A model generated the notes under the pieces. It was not told the origin of the DNA, ran no database searches, and saw only the letters and a program-made list of their open reading frames with translations. Shown one piece after another: positions 60,347 to 64,000 of a stretch of DNA of 64,000 nt. A program made the translations under genes and the position numbers. Every line of letters starts with the position of its first letter. The stretch's first letter is position 1. Origin of the DNA: Selaginella moellendorffii (Eukaryota; Plantae; Lycopodiophyta); contig NW_003314327.1 of the NCBI RefSeq assembly GCF_000143415.4, positions 211,116 to 275,115 of the forward strand, written 5' to 3'.

Positions 60347-61479
60347 GAGCGACATTGGCGCGCACCCGTCATTCTCCATACTTAAGCTAAAGTTCACCCT
60401 TAAATTTGTATCAACCCTTTCTCGTAGGCTACTAAGGCAATTCAGCATGTCACGGGTTTCACAGGTAGGAAATTCCTCTCCAGTAATTGTATTTGGACCC
60501 TCCCTTGGTGATAAATCCTACAATGGCGCAACGCTGGTTAGCTCTCTGCACGATGTGGTCCGGCTGTATGGTACGAGAACATGGCTCGTGGTTACTCTAT
60601 TCGACAGCGAGAATGATATGTTATGGTGCCCTAGAACAAACGATCTTGTCCGGCTTCCAAAAGAGCAGGATCTCTTTTATCTGGGCAAAGAATATAACAG
60701 CTACGCTCATACCTCTCGAGCTGGGTATGGCTTCGTCTCCTATGATTCCTGCATCAAAGTCAAGAACCCGCTGACTGGCCGCCTTGTTACGCTTGACGAG
60801 CCTGATGTCAAGCCTGATGGGGTTGACATGGACTACGCGGTTGACCGTGACGGTGAATTCTACGTCATGGCTGGGTTTCGGGATCGTCTACCGTTTTTTC
60901 TTTATTCGTCCAGGACAAAGAGGTGGGAGAGTAGGGAGTTGCCAATCAAGGACAAAGGTTCTTTTAACGAGGGCGAGGGTATGGATGGGTGCTCGTGGAT
61001 ATCGAAGAACTACCTTGGAAGGGTTGCAATGTATAATCCAGTCCTTGATTGCACGCGATTCGTTGAGCTTTTTGAGCCTCCTCCGAAACGTACATCCGTA
61101 GAGGCTAAATACAAATTCTACAAGGGTTGTCTCTACCTCTTTTATGTTCGTTGGGATACTCGTCTGGTGGTAGTGGCTGTTTACAACGAACTCAAGTTAT
61201 GGCAGAAGTAAGAATATTTAAAGATCTTCCTATATCGATATCTCACCCTTTGAGAATTCTAACAGGTTGAGCCAAGTTACATGTCCCCGCTTCAACGAAA
61301 AGATTGTGCTTGCCGAAGGTGGGCCGTATATGTTCATGTACACCTTCAGCTTCTGTGGTCCTGGTAGTAGCGTCGTGATGGTGTATGACATCGACAAATG
61401 CTGCTGGTTCAGCCGGCAACTCTGTGACGTTATGGGGATACATGCCTACATTCCAAGCTATCTCAACTGGACCAACTAA
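60345..61479 (+). CDS. F-box-associated-type beta-propeller protein (F-box motif absent or degenerate), two exons
   Basis: IKVKNPLTGRLVTL, FLYSSRTKRW, VMVYDIDKCCW motifs typical of plant F-box C-terminal propellers; intron 61208-61265 (GTAAGA...AACAG) keeps frame. Start 60345 or 60447. Confidence 0.72.
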
Positions 61480-61639
61480 GGGATAAGTAGAAATCGATTG
61501 ACTAGTTTGGAATGTTCTGCCACTGGAAAAGATAGCACACAAATAAAGTTATCGAATTATGAAGAACACATGTTGTGCTTGTACGGGTCCACAACTTGGT
61601 GTGTACAGAAGCACACCTTATCATCGAATGCTCTTACAA

Positions 61640-62625
61640 CACGGTTAGAGATCTTACAGTCTCCGTTGCGCCACCGGCTCTTGTTCCTCCCTGCCCTGCC
61701 CGGCCCTCAAGCCGTGCCCAATCCAGTGGGAGACACTCTTGTGCCTCATTTCCAAGTCGGCGCTATTCCCGTTCCAATTTCCCGTGCCCTAATTCCCGCT
61801 CCTCTTCCCGCCAGAACAACGGCAAGCCAACCGCCACGGCTGATTCAGACCATGCTCGCAGCTGTACAAGACCTGAAAGTCTTGTGGAGACTTTACTCGC
61901 TGGAGTGAGGAATATCACCGCAATTCCAAGCATCAAGCTTAACTTAAGCCAGACCACACTCTCTGGCGCTACAAAGGCTACTCTGGCTGGCCTTGACTAC
62001 ACCTTTGCTCCTGTTGTCAAGCTGACAATAATTCAAACATTGCTTGCGCTTGCCGCAGCAGAGAATTGGCACGTTCGCCAGATGGATGTAAAAATAGCTC
62101 CCTGTTTCTCAGGACATCTTGCAAAGGTTCTCCATGGATAAATCCTCTCCTGCTGTGATGCCTATGGTAGCAGGTCTGAAACTCTCAAAAGATCAGTTTC
62201 TTTCTACAGATAAAGAGCGGAGTGAGATGGCCCGAGTCCCTTAACGCAGCGCCGTTGGATACCTGGTTGTGTGTACACGCCCAGACTTTGCTTTCTCTGT
62301 AAGCTTGGTGAGCAGGTTCTACCTTGGCAAACATTTAAACGTAGTTTTTGGTACGTACGACATACATTTTCTTATCTCTATACAAGCTTGCAAGCATTTA
62401 GTTAGTGACTCTAACTGGGCTGGCTGCCTGCCGAGATTCTCGACGGTCCTTTTTTCTAGCCTTCACAATGCAGCTCTTTCCTGGAGCAGCAAGACGAGCC
62501 GAGGCGGAGTACATTGCGGCTAGTTCCCTATGCAAAGAGGCCACCTGGCTTCGCCGCGGCTATTCCTTTTCCAGCCCAACACCAATCTACTGCAGCATCG
62601 CCTTCATCGCAAGTAAAACATTTTA
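61640..62625 (+). mobile_element. Collapsed Ty1/copia pol remnant (RT and RNase H)
   Basis: GLDYTFAPVVKL...LLALAAAENWHVRQMDVK, CTRPDFAFSVSLVSRF, SDSNWAGC, LSWSSK, AEAEYIAASSLCKEATWLR; large internal deletions; no LTRs seen. Confidence 0.9.
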
Positions 62626-62639
62626 ATGTTAAACACAGA

Positions 62640-63110
62640 TGAATCCTATAAAGTCACATGTATATGGTATGAAACATGCTCGTGGTTTCTCTATTCGAAA
62701 GCTGGAATGAGATGCTCCTAGGACAGACAATCTTGTCCGGCTTCCAGAACACTCGCGAAAGCTGTTGACAAGGCCTATGCGGTTGACTGCCTTGGTGAAT
62801 TCTACGTCATGGCTCCTATACCCGGATCCTTTTTCTTTACTCGTCCAGAGCAAAGAATCGAGGACAAAGGGCATTCATTTAGGTTTGCTCGTTACCTTGG
62901 AAGGCTTGCAATGTATAATCCAGTCCTTGTGTATGCGATTCTTCAAGCCTTTCAAGCCCAATGTAAACGCTTCATACCAATTATACAAGTGTCAACTCTA
63001 TGTCAAGGTACAACGAGGAGCTTAAGTCATGGCAGAAGTAAGAATAAGCACACTTTGTGAATTCATATTGAACCAGATTATAAGTCCCAGCTAGGTGGGC
63101 CGTATGCTCA
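62640..63110 (+). pseudogene. Deletion-riddled copy of the beta-propeller gene
   Basis: Blocks GCTCGTGGTTTCTCTATTCGA, ATCTTGTCCGGCTTCCA, GGTGAATTCTACGTCATGGCT, TGCAATGTATAATCCAGTCCTTG, ATGGCAGAAGTAAGAATA, GGTGGGCCGTAT colinear with 60510-61330. Confidence 0.88.
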
Positions 63111-63217
63111 TTGTTCATCGATCACAAAAACTACGGTCATCTGCTCTAAGGGATCAGGCTATGTTAATTGGTTTTAACCGACAAAAAGGCAAAAGCAAAC
63201 TCAGAAACATGTCATTT

Positions 63218-64000
63218 TCACGCAAGAAACTTCAGCTGAGGTTCCATTGTGTCCCCCTCTGATTCACCACTCCACTTCAGAAATTTTTCAGTATTTCCAT
63301 ACTCTTGCGCTGCCTCGTCGTTTCCTCCAGCTTCACCCACCCTAAGCCAATATGCCAGTTTGTGCTTTGTCTCGTACCATAGCGTAGAGCTAAAACAGGT
63401 ACCTAGCGCGTGAGGGCTAGTATGATACTCATCCATCTCATCAATCTTCTTTATGAAAAGAGGTACCTGTGTGCCAGTAGTCAAAATAAATCGAACACAA
63501 AACAGAAAGTCACGCAACCCACCTTCAAACGTGAGCATATCGGATTACTAACAGGATAGACGCAGCCTTTTTCTGGAAGTCGCATACTGAAAATAGGAGG
63601 GGAGACATGAGTAAGTCCACTAAGTGTTTAAAAACCATAAAGGTGATACTTACTACTCTGCAGTTTCCAATACCCCCTCTCTTTTCAGTAGCCTCTCAAC
63701 ATAAGAAGGAACTCGCTCCTGAAAACCAACTTCTGACTTGAGTGCCTGAATGGAAATAAAAATGAATGGTTAAGTAAATAATAAGTTTGAAGTAGAAAAA
63801 ACACCACAAACCTCTGTTTCTATCAGTTCCATGTGGCCAAGATCACGGTCTGCAGAAAAAAACACCTCAAAGCGATCATGCACGAATCAAACATAAAAGA
63901 CTTACAATGTAAAAACTCGAAATTGACATAAACTGGGAGTTGCACCTTGAGAAGCCAGAGTCTCGCATGGACTGTAGAGTCGTATAAAGCCAGTAAATGA
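63218..64000 (-). CDS. Unknown gene X, copy 2 (3' exons; continues beyond the window)
   Basis: Open last exon ...VRFILTTGTQVPLFIKKIDEMDEY...KFLKWSGESEGDTMEPQLKFLA*; differences from copy 1 are largely synonymous or conservative. Confidence 0.7.

Noticed and set aside
1-64000. CRISPR arrays, tRNA genes, prokaryotic operons or defence systems
   Set aside because: Sequence is intron-containing plant nuclear DNA; no repeat-spacer arrays or tRNA cloverleafs were seen.

Overview
Eukaryotic plant nuclear DNA. The very short GT-AG introns (mostly about 50-90 nt), tight gene packing and PPR genes built from short 31-aa motifs suggest a lycophyte such as Selaginella; this host call is inference only. 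Bases 1-~8900 are an AT-rich, CpG-depleted field of decayed LTR retrotransposons with a 100-N gap. This field holds a small TRIM-type element whose LTRs carry a 5S-rRNA-derived internal promoter (Cassandra-like), inserted into a Ty3/Gypsy integrase and partly flipped by a micro-inversion. Bases ~9100-55300 are a dense island of about 20 genes: TBC RabGAP, PSS1, two PPRs, WRNIP1/MgsA, TMEM87-like, an unknown D-box coiled-coil gene with an MSA-rich promoter, an RRM/RanBP2 RNA-binding protein with a candidate poison exon, MNS4, GDSL lipase, GH31 HGL1-like, MsrA, Raf-like kinase, BPM, SP1, U-box/ARM, HY5, O-fucosyltransferase, BLISTER and CDC20. The island also contains a patch of juxtaposed gene fragments at ~52000-53200. 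Bases ~55750-64000 are a tandem array of an alternating two-gene unit (F-box-associated-type beta-propeller gene on + and an unknown gene on -). Its copies are eroded by many small, often microhomology-flanked deletions and it contains a collapsed Ty1/copia remnant. Exon boundaries were read by eye; CDS coordinates give first-to-last coding base including introns.
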